Positions 20,346 to 29,454 of a stretch of DNA of 64,000 nucleotides are shown one piece after another. The position numbers and the translations under genes were made by a program. The notes under the pieces were generated by a model. It was not told the DNA's origin, did not search any database, and was given only the letters and a program-made list of their open reading frames with translations. This stretch comes from an uncultured delta proteobacterium (lineage in GTDB: Bacteria > Desulfobacterota > WTBG01), in assembly GCA_963793865.1 (NCBI GenBank), contig CAWCBP010000012.1, positions 1-64,000 on the forward strand, written 5' to 3'. Position 1 is the stretch's first letter; every line of letters begins with the position of its first letter.

Positions 20346-20591
20346 ATGGAAAAGGGTTATATCATAGATGAACACATCAAGCAGGCAGCAGCAAGAAAAT
20401 GCAGCAAAGGGTTTTCCTGCCTGGAAGGCAACACAGAATGTTTATGCCCGGTCCGCACCATTAATGGCAATCATACCGTGCAGATTGATCCGTCAACTGC
20501 CAATTCCTGCAAAAACTGCTTTCACATGAACCCGAAAACGTATTGTCTTTGTCCGATAAGAAACGAGCTCTATAATCGCTACGGCATCTAG
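20346..20591 (+). CDS. Small Cys-rich cytoplasmic protein (8 Cys)
   Basis: GAGGA RBS; C-x-CPIRNELYNRYGI end; followed by a terminator. Confidence 0.75.
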   Translation: MEKGYIIDEHIKQAAARKCSKGFSCLEGNTECLCPVRTINGNHTVQIDPSTANSCKNCFHMNPKTYCLCPIRNELYNRYGI

Positions 20592-20618
20592 TGGGCGAGT
20601 TGAGTATGTGCAATCTTA

Positions 20619-20651
20619 AAAGCCTCCGGCAAGTTTCGCGGAGGTTTTTTT
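20619..20651 (+). terminator. Intrinsic terminator
   Basis: CCTCCG...CGGAGG followed by a T-run. Confidence 0.65.
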
Positions 20652-20685
20652 CTGGTTCTTTTATAATACAGGAGCGGGTCATTGC

Positions 20686-20950
20686 TGGAGTAATGGAGTA
20701 TTGGAGTGCTGGAAAAACACTGAAGCGGGATGTTGGAGTGATGGAGCTCCGGGTAATAACATCCATAGACTGCATTGATGCCTTTGAGTAACAGGGTGTC
20801 GCGCTATTCTCATGGGGTATATAAATTCCCCGATCAATCCGGCTAATGACCAGTAAGGGCATGGCCAGAAGTAAGCTGGACTCGTTTTGGTGTTCCATTA
20901 CTCCAACACTCCATCACCCCACCACTCCGGTGTTTTCCCTCCAATGCTCC
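20686..20950. repeat. TGGAGTA(A/T) 8-mer tandem repeats with inverted (A)CTCCA counterpart
   Basis: TGGAGTAATGGAGTATTGGAGT ... CATTACTCCAACACTCCA. Confidence 0.7.
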
Positions 20951-20980
20951 ATCTCTCCACATACCTCATCGATCCCCTCT

Positions 20981-21169
20981 TTAACGAATTATCGGGGCAA
21001 GTACCGCTGCGTCAAAAATGATACCGGGAAGCTTTTCAGGGAAATACCCCGGATATGCTTGTTCTACCGCAATCTTCTCTGCCCTTTCCCCGGGGACATT
21101 ACTGCCGTGCAATGCACCCACCAGAACGACAGCCATTACCATGATCGTGATCAGAAAAAGTCTTTTCAT
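20981..21169 (-). CDS. Small (62 aa) membrane-anchored protein, paralogue family member 2
   Basis: AGGAGGA RBS; hydrophobic N-terminus; EQAYPGYFPEKLPGIIFD. Confidence 0.75.
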   Translation of the reverse strand: MKRLFLITIMVMAVVLVGALHGSNVPGERAEKIAVEQAYPGYFPEKLPGIIFDAAVLAPIIR

Positions 21170-21341
21170 TGTCCTATCCTCCTGTTGATTAAAGAGCTGT
21201 TCTCGATGTTTTGACTAATTATCGGATATTCTTTGCAAGGAATTATGTCTCCGCGGTAAAGGTTTTCAGGAAAATGTAAAAAAGATGTAAATTGTTGGGC
21301 TGGTTTTATGGGAAGGTATGATCCGATCTAAAGTAAAGGAA

Positions 21342-21444
21342 AAAACAAAGTAGTCATTGCGAGGAGCGCATGCGACGCGGCAATCTAATGAGATTGCTTC
21401 GCTGCCGCTCGCAATGACATCCTATATGTCAATTTTTTAAGGTC
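21342..21444. repeat. Second copy of the ~100-bp element at 945..1047
   Basis: Near identity, same orientation. Confidence 0.9.
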
Positions 21445-21593
21445 GAATACGATACAATTAACGGCGGTGTTAAGCGGGGTCAATAAAGGGGCATAAACCT
21501 TATGATGCAGAAACAGAGAATGAGAAGCAGGCTTATTTCCCGATGAAGGAGGAATAATACCGGCTTCTCATTCTGCGTATTTTCATCCTCCCA

Positions 21594-21758
21594 TCAATCC
21601 ATAACCAGCTGGGGGATTTGTACCGGATATTGGGCCATGTATGCCTGCTCGAGAAGAAGCGTTTGCTCTTCCTGCGAGATCATGGTGTGCGCTCCGTAGA
21701 GGATACTGGCTATCACGGTTACCACCAAAACGATGATTGCAATAAATAATTTTTTCAT
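21594..21758 (-). CDS. Small (54 aa) membrane-anchored protein, paralogue family member 3 (not in the ORF track)
   Basis: Hand translation MKKLFIAIIVLVVTVIASILYGAHTMISQEEQTLLLEQAYMAQYPVQIPQLVMD; GGAGG RBS. Confidence 0.75.
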   Translation of the reverse strand: MKKLFIAIIVLVVTVIASILYGAHTMISQEEQTLLLEQAYMAQYPVQIPQLVMD

Positions 21759-21832
21759 GTTCCGACCTCCCGCTTCAAAGTTGTTGTTACGTTCTTTTGA
21801 TTACAGCATACGGTGCGGCATGAAAAAATTCC

Positions 21833-21893
21833 ATCGGGGAAACCCTGTTTCTGAGCTTCGCAATTCCTGATTTTAAGCGGGAGAAACCCTTAA
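21833..21893. promoter_or_regulatory. Tandem GGGAAACCCT-type operator boxes upstream of the 54-aa gene
   Basis: Aligns with 10218..10275. Confidence 0.5.
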
Positions 21894-21939
21894 GATTTGC
21901 TGAGGGGAGTTATTGTGGAAAAGGTGCGGGAATGGAAGA

Positions 21940-21969
21940 AAAAGGGCCAGCCTCAACGGCTAACCCTTT
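21940..21969 (-). terminator. Terminator following the displaced tRNA 3' end
   Basis: AAAGGGTTAGCC..GGCTGGCCCTTTTT on the minus strand. Confidence 0.65.
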
Positions 21970-21977
21970 AATTTATG

Positions 21978-22691
<714 letters not shown>

Positions 22692-22872
22692 ACACTATCT
22701 ATAAATTCGAAATCCGAAGCACGAAATCCGAAACGGCAACTGTAAACTGACCCTGCTCCCTGTACCCTAAACCCTCAAAAGAACACCACGAAGCACACGA
22801 AGAAAAAACCACCACGAAGAGCACAAAGAATGAAGCAATTATCGAACAATTCTCCTTTCCTGTCAACCCCTT

Positions 22873-23616
22873 TCATTTCTGATGGTAGCGCTGTCTGATA
22901 ATTTCGTAGAGGGCTATTGCCCCGGCGGCTGATGCGTTGAGCGAAGTGATGGACCCCCTCAGGGGAATCCGGACCAGAAAATCGCATTTCTTTGAGACGA
23001 GCGGTCTGATGCCCTTTCCCTCGCTTCCTATAACCAGTGCCAGATCAACCGTTCCGTCAAGCTCGTAAAGGCTTTGCCTGCTGTCCGCGCTCGTTCCCGC
23101 AATCCATGCCCCCCGCGCTTTTAAAAAGTCGATGGCATGTGCTATATTAACCACGCTGACAACCGGTATGTGCTCGACGGCACCGGCCGACGTCTTGGCA
23201 ACAACACCGGTGACAGGTGCCGCCCTGTCTTTTAAGGTAATGACACCATGAGCACCGGCGGCACACGCGGTCCGAACCAGCGCCCCCAGGTTCTGTGGGT
23301 CCTGTATGCCGTCCAGGATGACTGCCAGCAGCTTCTCACCGGAAATTCGCCAGGCAGCGATTATTTTATCCAGGCCGGTTTCCTCCCGGGGCAAAACGAT
23401 GGCCAGGACTCCCTGGTGGTGGCCCGTATGCGAGAGCTGATCAAGGACCGGCCGCTCTTTGTATTCAATGGTGATCTTTTCCCTTCGGGCAAGATCAAGC
23501 AGTAACTGTGTGCTCTTTTGCCCTTTCCCTTCAGCAAGAATAATTTTTTTTATGTCCGAGGGACGGCGCTTAAGAATTTCAACAACCGGATTGACACCGT
23601 AAATGATTTCAGACAT
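22873..23616 (-). CDS. rlmB: 23S rRNA Gm2251 2'-O-methyltransferase
   Basis: IYGVNPV, HQGV, LDGIQDPQNLGA, GSEGKG and SLNAS SPOUT motifs. Confidence 0.93.
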   Translation of the reverse strand: MSEIIYGVNPVVEILKRRPSDIKKIILAEGKGQKSTQLLLDLARREKITIEYKERPVLDQLSHTGHHQGVLAIVLPREETGLDKIIAAWRISGEKLLAVILDGIQDPQNLGALVRTACAAGAHGVITLKDRAAPVTGVVAKTSAGAVEHIPVVSVVNIAHAIDFLKARGAWIAGTSADSRQSLYELDGTVDLALVIGSEGKGIRPLVSKKCDFLVRIPLRGSITSLNASAAGAIALYEIIRQRYHQK

Positions 23617-23646
23617 GTTCTGCCCCGGAGTTAACACGACAATACG

Positions 23647-23674
23647 GTAGGGGCGACCGGCCGGTCGCCCCTAC
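23647..23674. repeat. Perfect 28-bp palindrome GTAGGGGCGACCGGCCGGTCGCCCCTAC (REP-like); copies at 15135 and 26501
   Basis: Seen directly. Confidence 0.9.
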
Positions 23675-24402
23675 TATTTCTTAATTTCTGTTTCCGCCAC
23701 CTCTTCTGTTATTACCCGGGCTGCCTGAACAGGATCAGGTGCTTCCAGTATCGGGCGTCCGATTACCAGGTAGTCGGCGCCTGCGGCAAATGCCTCCGCG
23801 GGGGTTACCGTCCGCTTTTGGTCGCCGGGGGACGATCCCTGCGGCCTGATTCCCGGCGTAACGATGATAAAGTCTTTGCCGCATGAGGCCCTGATTAATG
23901 GCGCCTCTTTCGCTGAGGCCACCACCCCGCTGGTGCCTGCCTGCCTGGCGAGTGCGGCAAGGCGTGAGACGGCCGATTGAACGGGCGCATCCATCCCGAG
24001 CTCCTGCAGGTCTTCCTGCGACATGCTGGTAAGAACGGTGACGGCCACTATGAGGGGAGGCGGTGAGGTGCCCCGGCGCATTCCGGCTGCGGCGGCTACC
24101 GCGCCCGCCATCATCTTTTTTCCGCCCTGCGCGTGAACGGTAAGCATGAAAACATTGTGTTTGCATGCCTCTTCCACCGCCCGCGCGACGGTGTTGGGTA
24201 TGTCGTGAAACTTGAGATCCAGAAACACCCTGCCCCGGTGAGCATGGATCATCTCTATGATCCGGGGGCCGCACCGGGTAAAGAGCTGCATGCCGACTTT
24301 ATAAATGCCGATCATGCCGCCCAACTTTTTGACCATCTCCTCTGCCGCTTCAAAGCTGTCAACGTCAAGGGCGAGGATGATCTTATCTGCGGAGGTGCTC
24401 AT
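23674..24402 (-). CDS. pyrF: Orotidine-5'-phosphate decarboxylase
   Basis: FLDLKFHDIPNTV, VTPGIRP and VIGRPI. Confidence 0.97.
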   Translation of the reverse strand: MSTSADKIILALDVDSFEAAEEMVKKLGGMIGIYKVGMQLFTRCGPRIIEMIHAHRGRVFLDLKFHDIPNTVARAVEEACKHNVFMLTVHAQGGKKMMAGAVAAAAGMRRGTSPPPLIVAVTVLTSMSQEDLQELGMDAPVQSAVSRLAALARQAGTSGVVASAKEAPLIRASCGKDFIIVTPGIRPQGSSPGDQKRTVTPAEAFAAGADYLVIGRPILEAPDPVQAARVITEEVAETEIKK

Positions 24403-24574
24403 AGAGGACCTTTTTTAAAAATTTGGCAAGCTGGAGTGCCTTACAATAAAATTTAGTAAATGACAAAGTTCAAATGACAAAAAATTCAAAAACAAACCCG
24501 ATAGCGGGGTGTTTTGGTCATTGGAACATTTTGATTTGTTTCATTGTTTCGAATTTCGTGCTTCGGATTTATAT

Positions 24575-25153
24575 TTAACTACCCCTCTTCTTAGCCCGTT
24601 CGGAAGTGATAATATCCCGCACCCGCTCAACCGCCTGGCTGAAATCGTCGTTTACCACTTTGTACTGGTACCAGCTCGACTGCTCTATTTCCTTGTGCGC
24701 CTGTTCAAGCCGCTTTTGCATGACGGCCTCGTTTTCCGTTCCCCGGTTGATCAGCCGTTCCTGCAGATCCCTTTGGGACGGCGGGAGAATATAGATAGTG
24801 ACGCTTTCAGGAAAGATCTCCTTGAGGCGGCGGGCGCCGGCCTGATCGATATCAAAAAGGATGTCCATGCCTTTGCTGCTGCAGGTATCCATGGTGGCCC
24901 TGGGGGTGCCGTAACAGTTGCCATAGATTTCCGTCCATTCAAGCATCCGGTCGGCTTCGATCATCTGTCTGAACTCTGCAGGCGACACAAAGTGATAATC
25001 GATCCCGTCCTTTTCATGGCTGCGGGGGGCACGGGTGGTTATGGATACGGAAAAGCACAGATCGGGGAGCAGCCTTACTACTTCCTTGCAGAGCGAGGTT
25101 TTGCCTGCGCCGGATGGCGCTGAAACGATGAATATCAGGGGTTCATGTTCCAC
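24575..25153 (-). CDS. gmk: Guanylate kinase
   Basis: SAPSGAGKTS, TTRAPR and YGT. Confidence 0.96.
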   Translation of the reverse strand: MEHEPLIFIVSAPSGAGKTSLCKEVVRLLPDLCFSVSITTRAPRSHEKDGIDYHFVSPAEFRQMIEADRMLEWTEIYGNCYGTPRATMDTCSSKGMDILFDIDQAGARRLKEIFPESVTIYILPPSQRDLQERLINRGTENEAVMQKRLEQAHKEIEQSSWYQYKVVNDDFSQAVERVRDIITSERAKKRGS

Positions 25154-25159
25154 GCTAGG

Positions 25160-25429
25160 CTAATCCTTGGGTTCCTGGCCGGCAGGCTCCTCGCCTTCGA
25201 ATCGCTGGGCAATGGTTTCCGCCTGGAGGGCTGAGAGTATTATGTGATCGCTGTCAGTGATAATTATGGAGCGCGTTTTTCTGCCCTGGGTGGCATCAAT
25301 CAATTTGCCTCCCTCCCGGGCTTCATCCTTGAGCCGCTTCATGGGCGCGGAGCTGGTTGCTACAATTGCGATCACCCGTGACGAAACCACCGTATTTCCA
25401 AAACCAAGATTCAGCAATTTAGCGCTCAA
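25160..25429 (-). CDS. remA: RemA/DUF370 family protein
   Basis: LLNLGFGN and [12 protein letters not shown]; yicC-remA-gmk synteny. Confidence 0.9.
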   Translation of the reverse strand: MSAKLLNLGFGNTVVSSRVIAIVATSSAPMKRLKDEAREGGKLIDATQGRKTRSIIITDSDHIILSALQAETIAQRFEGEEPAGQEPKD

Positions 25430-25470
25430 AGCCGTTCCTCTAGCAGAAAAACAGTACGCTGCAATGGGAG

Positions 25471-26349
25471 TTACTCAATATTCTGTACCTGCTCGCGGAT
25501 TCTTTCCAGCTCGTTTTTTATTTCCACCACCCTCATGGATATTTCCGCGCTGCTTGCCTTGGAGCTGATGGTGTTTACTTCCCGGTGGATTTCCTGGACC
25601 AGGAAATCCAGTTTTCTGCCGACCGCGTCCTCCGTCTCCAGCCATTGCCGGAATTGCAGCACGTGGCTCATGACCCTGACCAGTTCCTCGGCGATATCAC
25701 TTTTTTCCACCAGGTAGGCCACCTCCTGGGCGAGGCGGGTCTCGTCGATCTCGATATCCGCGCAGAGCGCCCGGATCTTCTCCCGCAGGCTCTGCTGGTA
25801 GTCGTTAAAGGCGGTTCCCGACAGGGAGCGGATGTGATCAAGCCGGCTTTCAATCTGCTTCAGCCGCGCGAGAAAGTCTTCTTTTAATTGCCCGCCTTCC
25901 ATCTCCCTCATTTTTACCAGCTCATCGAGGGCGCTGCTCAGGGGTCCCTGGAGCATGTCCCATTCACAAGCCGAATTGTGGTTCGCTGCCTGTGCCACAA
26001 TAATCTCTTTCTGGGTTAAAAGATGATCGAGGGTAATTTCTCCGGACAGCCGCAGCGTCTCCCGGAGATCTTTCAAGAGCACCAGGTACTGCTGGGCAAG
26101 AGGGAGATTGAGTTCGAGGCGCGAGCTTTCCGCCTCCCTGCTGTCCAGCTGAATGGATAAATCAATCCTTCCCCGTGAGATCCGTGACAGAACAAGCTTT
26201 TTGATCTCGTTCTCGAGGGGGAAGCACCTCTGCGGGAGTTTAAGCGAAATGTCGCAATAGCGGTGATTGGTGGATCGTACTTCGACGACCATATCTCCCT
26301 TTTCTGTTGCAGTTACCGACCTGCCGTAACCGGTCATGCTTCGTATCAT
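25471..26349 (-). CDS. yicC: YicC/YloC family endoribonuclease
   Basis: [27 protein letters not shown] and REQVQNIE. Confidence 0.95.
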   Translation of the reverse strand: MIRSMTGYGRSVTATEKGDMVVEVRSTNHRYCDISLKLPQRCFPLENEIKKLVLSRISRGRIDLSIQLDSREAESSRLELNLPLAQQYLVLLKDLRETLRLSGEITLDHLLTQKEIIVAQAANHNSACEWDMLQGPLSSALDELVKMREMEGGQLKEDFLARLKQIESRLDHIRSLSGTAFNDYQQSLREKIRALCADIEIDETRLAQEVAYLVEKSDIAEELVRVMSHVLQFRQWLETEDAVGRKLDFLVQEIHREVNTISSKASSAEISMRVVEIKNELERIREQVQNIE

Positions 26350-26368
26350 GTGAGCTCCGTTCTGCGTT

Positions 26369-26590
26369 GATCTGAGATCTGTGATGTGGGATATGAGATG
26401 AGAGCGCTCTCTTGGATTCCCGCTTCCGCGGGAATGACATATTTTCCATTTCATTGGGTGTCATCCCCGCAAAAGCGGGGATCCATCATTTTATTCAAGT
26501 GTAGGGGCGACCGGCCGGTCGCCTCTACTTATTTGCGCTTTAAAAGGCTATTACTTGATTTTGGTGCGCCTGCAACCTGCAACCTGCGAC
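26369..26590. repeat. Intergenic cluster of REP-like palindromes and 7-mer tandem repeats
   Basis: GGATTCCCGC..GCGGGAATGAC; GTCATCCCCGC..GCGGGGATCC; GTAGGGGCGA..; CCTGCAA x3. Confidence 0.75.
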
Positions 26591-26595
26591 GCGAA

Positions 26596-27159
26596 TTACA
26601 AGGTTCCCGTCCCGTGTAATCCCGTTCCCTCCCGCTCCTGCACCTGCAGCCGGTACCGTTCCCGCAGCCTGTTGAGCAGTTCAATGATTTCGGCAGAGGC
26701 GTAATCAGGATAGGTCCACTCAAGAGGCCTGAAGCTTTTGTCGCGGTAGATAAGCGTGAGGTCCGCGTAGACCCCGTTTCCCAGGTACGGACGGTGCGTA
26801 TATTTTTTATTGGTGGCCAGTATCAGGTGCTCAAGGGCGATGTAACCGGGGTCAAGGTTGATCGTTCTTCCGCCCGCGCTGTTCCTGTATTGTCCCTCGA
26901 GCCGGTCGGTGTGTCTTTTGACGTCGGTCAGCGCTTCCGGCGGGAACAGGTCCTCGAAGGTAATAAACCGCCGTATCAGCTTTTCACCCATTTCATCCCG
27001 GTAATAGTCGGTCTGGGTAAAGGGGATGCACCGGCTCATGAAGTCAATGACCCCGAAAGTGCGCGAAAGCCCGGCGGCGGCATCCGCGATAAGCTGCGCT
27101 TCAGCTGCCAGAAGGCTCACGATCAGCTTAACCGGCCGGGGAGATGAAGGAGTGCTCAT
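26596..27159 (-). CDS. DUF4416 family protein
   Basis: TDYYRDEMG, RTINLDPGY, HRPYLGNG and WTYPDY. Confidence 0.85.
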   Translation of the reverse strand: MSTPSSPRPVKLIVSLLAAEAQLIADAAAGLSRTFGVIDFMSRCIPFTQTDYYRDEMGEKLIRRFITFEDLFPPEALTDVKRHTDRLEGQYRNSAGGRTINLDPGYIALEHLILATNKKYTHRPYLGNGVYADLTLIYRDKSFRPLEWTYPDYASAEIIELLNRLRERYRLQVQEREGTGLHGTGTL

Positions 27160-27190
27160 GAAGGCTGTAGGCTCTACGCTGACCGGGATG

Positions 27191-28213
27191 TCAGCACGGG
27201 TCTTCCCGTATGTTTTCAATCAGCTCGCGGGGCGTCACGGTCGCCGTGCCTAACTTGCTCACCACGATGCCTGCCGCGTGGTTGGCAATCATGGCCGCCT
27301 CCTCAAAGGACGCGCCCGCCACCAGGGCCATGGTGAGGGTGGCAATGACCGTGTCTCCCGCGCCGGTCACGTCATACACTTCCTTGGCCTTGGTGGGAAT
27401 GTGGGTGGTACGCTTCCTCTGAAAAAGGCTCATGCCTTCTTCTCCCCTGGTGATCAGCACCGCTTCACATCCCAGCCGGGCACGCAGCGCCCGTCCGGCC
27501 TTGATGAGCGATTCCTCGCTATCTATTTCAATGCCGCTTATGCGAGCGGCCTCCTTTTTGTTGGGGGTGATCACGCTGACCCGGTTTTTGTAAAGGGCGT
27601 AGTTGTGCGCATTGGGATGATCGGTGCAGACCAGCATTTTTTTTCCGTGCGCCCACTGCAGCAGCTCTTTGAGCAGAATGTTGGGAACAGCGCCCTTGGC
27701 GTAGTCGGAGATGATAAGGGCCCCGGCCCCGTTGCAGGCGGCAGTCAGATAGGAGAGCAGCTTTTTCCTGCTTTCCGGCGATGCCGCCCTGCGCTCTTCG
27801 TGATCATAGCGCACCACCTGCTGGCGGTGATCGGCTATAATGCGTGTCTTTACCGTGGTCGGGCGGCCGCGCTCCGCTACGATGCCTCCGGTATGAGCGC
27901 CCAGGCGCTTAATCGCGCCGGTAAACTTTTTGCCCATTTCGTCACAGCCCACGATGCCGCAGAGAAAGCCTTCACCCTTCAGCGCGCGGATATTGTGCAG
28001 GACATTGGCGGCGCCGCCCAGCCGGTACTGTTTTTCAATGACATTTACCACCGGCACCGGGGCCTCGGGGGAAATCCGCCCCGCGCTGCCGTAAATAAAC
28101 TCGTCAATCATCAGGTCCCCGATGACCGCGACCCTGGTCCGGGGGAATCCTTGTATGCGGGATATTAACCGCTCCGCAACAGCATCGCTCACGGCAGTTT
28201 TTGTAACCTCCAT
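27191..28213 (-). CDS. rfaE1: D-glycero-beta-D-manno-heptose-7-phosphate kinase (RfaE domain I)
   Basis: RISPEAPVPV, GGAANV and YDVTGAGDTV. Confidence 0.92.
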   Translation of the reverse strand: MEVTKTAVSDAVAERLISRIQGFPRTRVAVIGDLMIDEFIYGSAGRISPEAPVPVVNVIEKQYRLGGAANVLHNIRALKGEGFLCGIVGCDEMGKKFTGAIKRLGAHTGGIVAERGRPTTVKTRIIADHRQQVVRYDHEERRAASPESRKKLLSYLTAACNGAGALIISDYAKGAVPNILLKELLQWAHGKKMLVCTDHPNAHNYALYKNRVSVITPNKKEAARISGIEIDSEESLIKAGRALRARLGCEAVLITRGEEGMSLFQRKRTTHIPTKAKEVYDVTGAGDTVIATLTMALVAGASFEEAAMIANHAAGIVVSKLGTATVTPRELIENIREDPC

Positions 28214-28371
28214 GGGAGCATCCGGTGTGCCAGGGTGCCCCGTTTGTTTTGCGTCACACGGCGCTGCTGCAGCAAGCGGACAGCAGCGCGCCCCAATAGT
28301 ATCGTGAGCTTCAATCGTTTGTCAACACCAATCCCGGCAGTGATGCGGCTGCCGGGGGCGGCGGGACATGC

Positions 28372-29454
28372 TCATTGTCTCACCCGCAGCATGAAATAGG
28401 TGCCCAGCGTTGCAAAAAAGATGTTTGCGGCCCACGCGGAAAGCAGGGGTGACAATACCCCGCCCTTCCCCAGGGAGATGCCGAAATTATAGAGGATGAA
28501 ATAGGAAAACCCGATCAGCAGGCTTGCGCCGATGCCCCGCGGTATTCCTCCGCCCCTGCCGATCCTCAGGGCAAAAGGAATGGCAATGATGGGCATGATC
28601 AGACAGGTAAAGGGGAAGGATATTTTTGCGTAAAGATAGGGGATGTATTCGGGGACCTTATACCCGGCCCTCTGGATCTTGGCAATGTATTCCCGGAGCT
28701 CCATGAAGCTCATCTCCTCCGGCTCTTTTCGGGCCAGCTTAAAGTCCTCCGGGGTTTCCCTGAGGGGCATGATCTTTTCCGCGAGGGTTTCGATATCCTG
28801 CACGCCATCCGGGGTAAAGGTCCTGGTCACCACATCGAAGAAGTGCCACTGGCCGTTTATCCATTTTCCCCGGCGCGCGTCCAGCCGCCTGGAAAGGGTG
28901 AAACCGTTGCTGAAGTAAAAGAAGGTTATGCCGTAAAGGGTGTTGGTGTTGTGCTCAAACAGCTCGATGTTGCAGATGGCGTCTTCGGTCCGGTACCAGA
29001 ACCGGTCCTGCTTCAGCAGCCGGCGCCCTTTTTTTTGCTTGATCTGGATGTTCTCTATGTATTTTGCCTTTTGGCTGGTGGTGGGCAGGGCCAGCTCCTG
29101 GTTGCAAAAGGCGATGCACATGACGCCGACGCTCATGACCAGCAGCGGCGTGACGATGCTGTAAACGCTGATGCCGCCTGCCTTCATGGCGGTTATCTCG
29201 TTGTTGCGCGCAAAAAGGGCCAGGGTGAGAAAGGTTGCCAGCAGTGTGGCCACGGGGAACAGCCAGTACAGCATCTGGGGAAGCTTGAACAGGCTGGCCG
29301 CCAGCGAGAGCAGAAAGGGCGGGTTGTACTTTTCCAGGTTTTCGATGAACTGGACTGAAAAATCAATGACGAAGAAGAGCGCCACGCAGGTGATGAGGCA
29401 GAGAAAAAACAGTTTCGTGAACTCCCTGGTAATGTACCGGGTGATGATGTTCAT
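28372..29454 (-). CDS. lptG: LPS export ABC transporter permease (LptF/LptG family)
   Basis: NNEITAMKAGGIS; six-TM layout; AWAANIFF. Confidence 0.85.
   Translation of the reverse strand: MNIITRYITREFTKLFFLCLITCVALFFVIDFSVQFIENLEKYNPPFLLSLAASLFKLPQMLYWLFPVATLLATFLTLALFARNNEITAMKAGGISVYSIVTPLLVMSVGVMCIAFCNQELALPTTSQKAKYIENIQIKQKKGRRLLKQDRFWYRTEDAICNIELFEHNTNTLYGITFFYFSNGFTLSRRLDARRGKWINGQWHFFDVVTRTFTPDGVQDIETLAEKIMPLRETPEDFKLARKEPEEMSFMELREYIAKIQRAGYKVPEYIPYLYAKISFPFTCLIMPIIAIPFALRIGRGGGIPRGIGASLLIGFSYFILYNFGISLGKGGVLSPLLSAWAANIFFATLGTYFMLRVRQ

Noticed and set aside
21808..21834. Additional ECF promoter before the 54-aa gene
   Set aside because: CGTAT is present but the -35 position reads ATGGAATT, not TGTAAGAW
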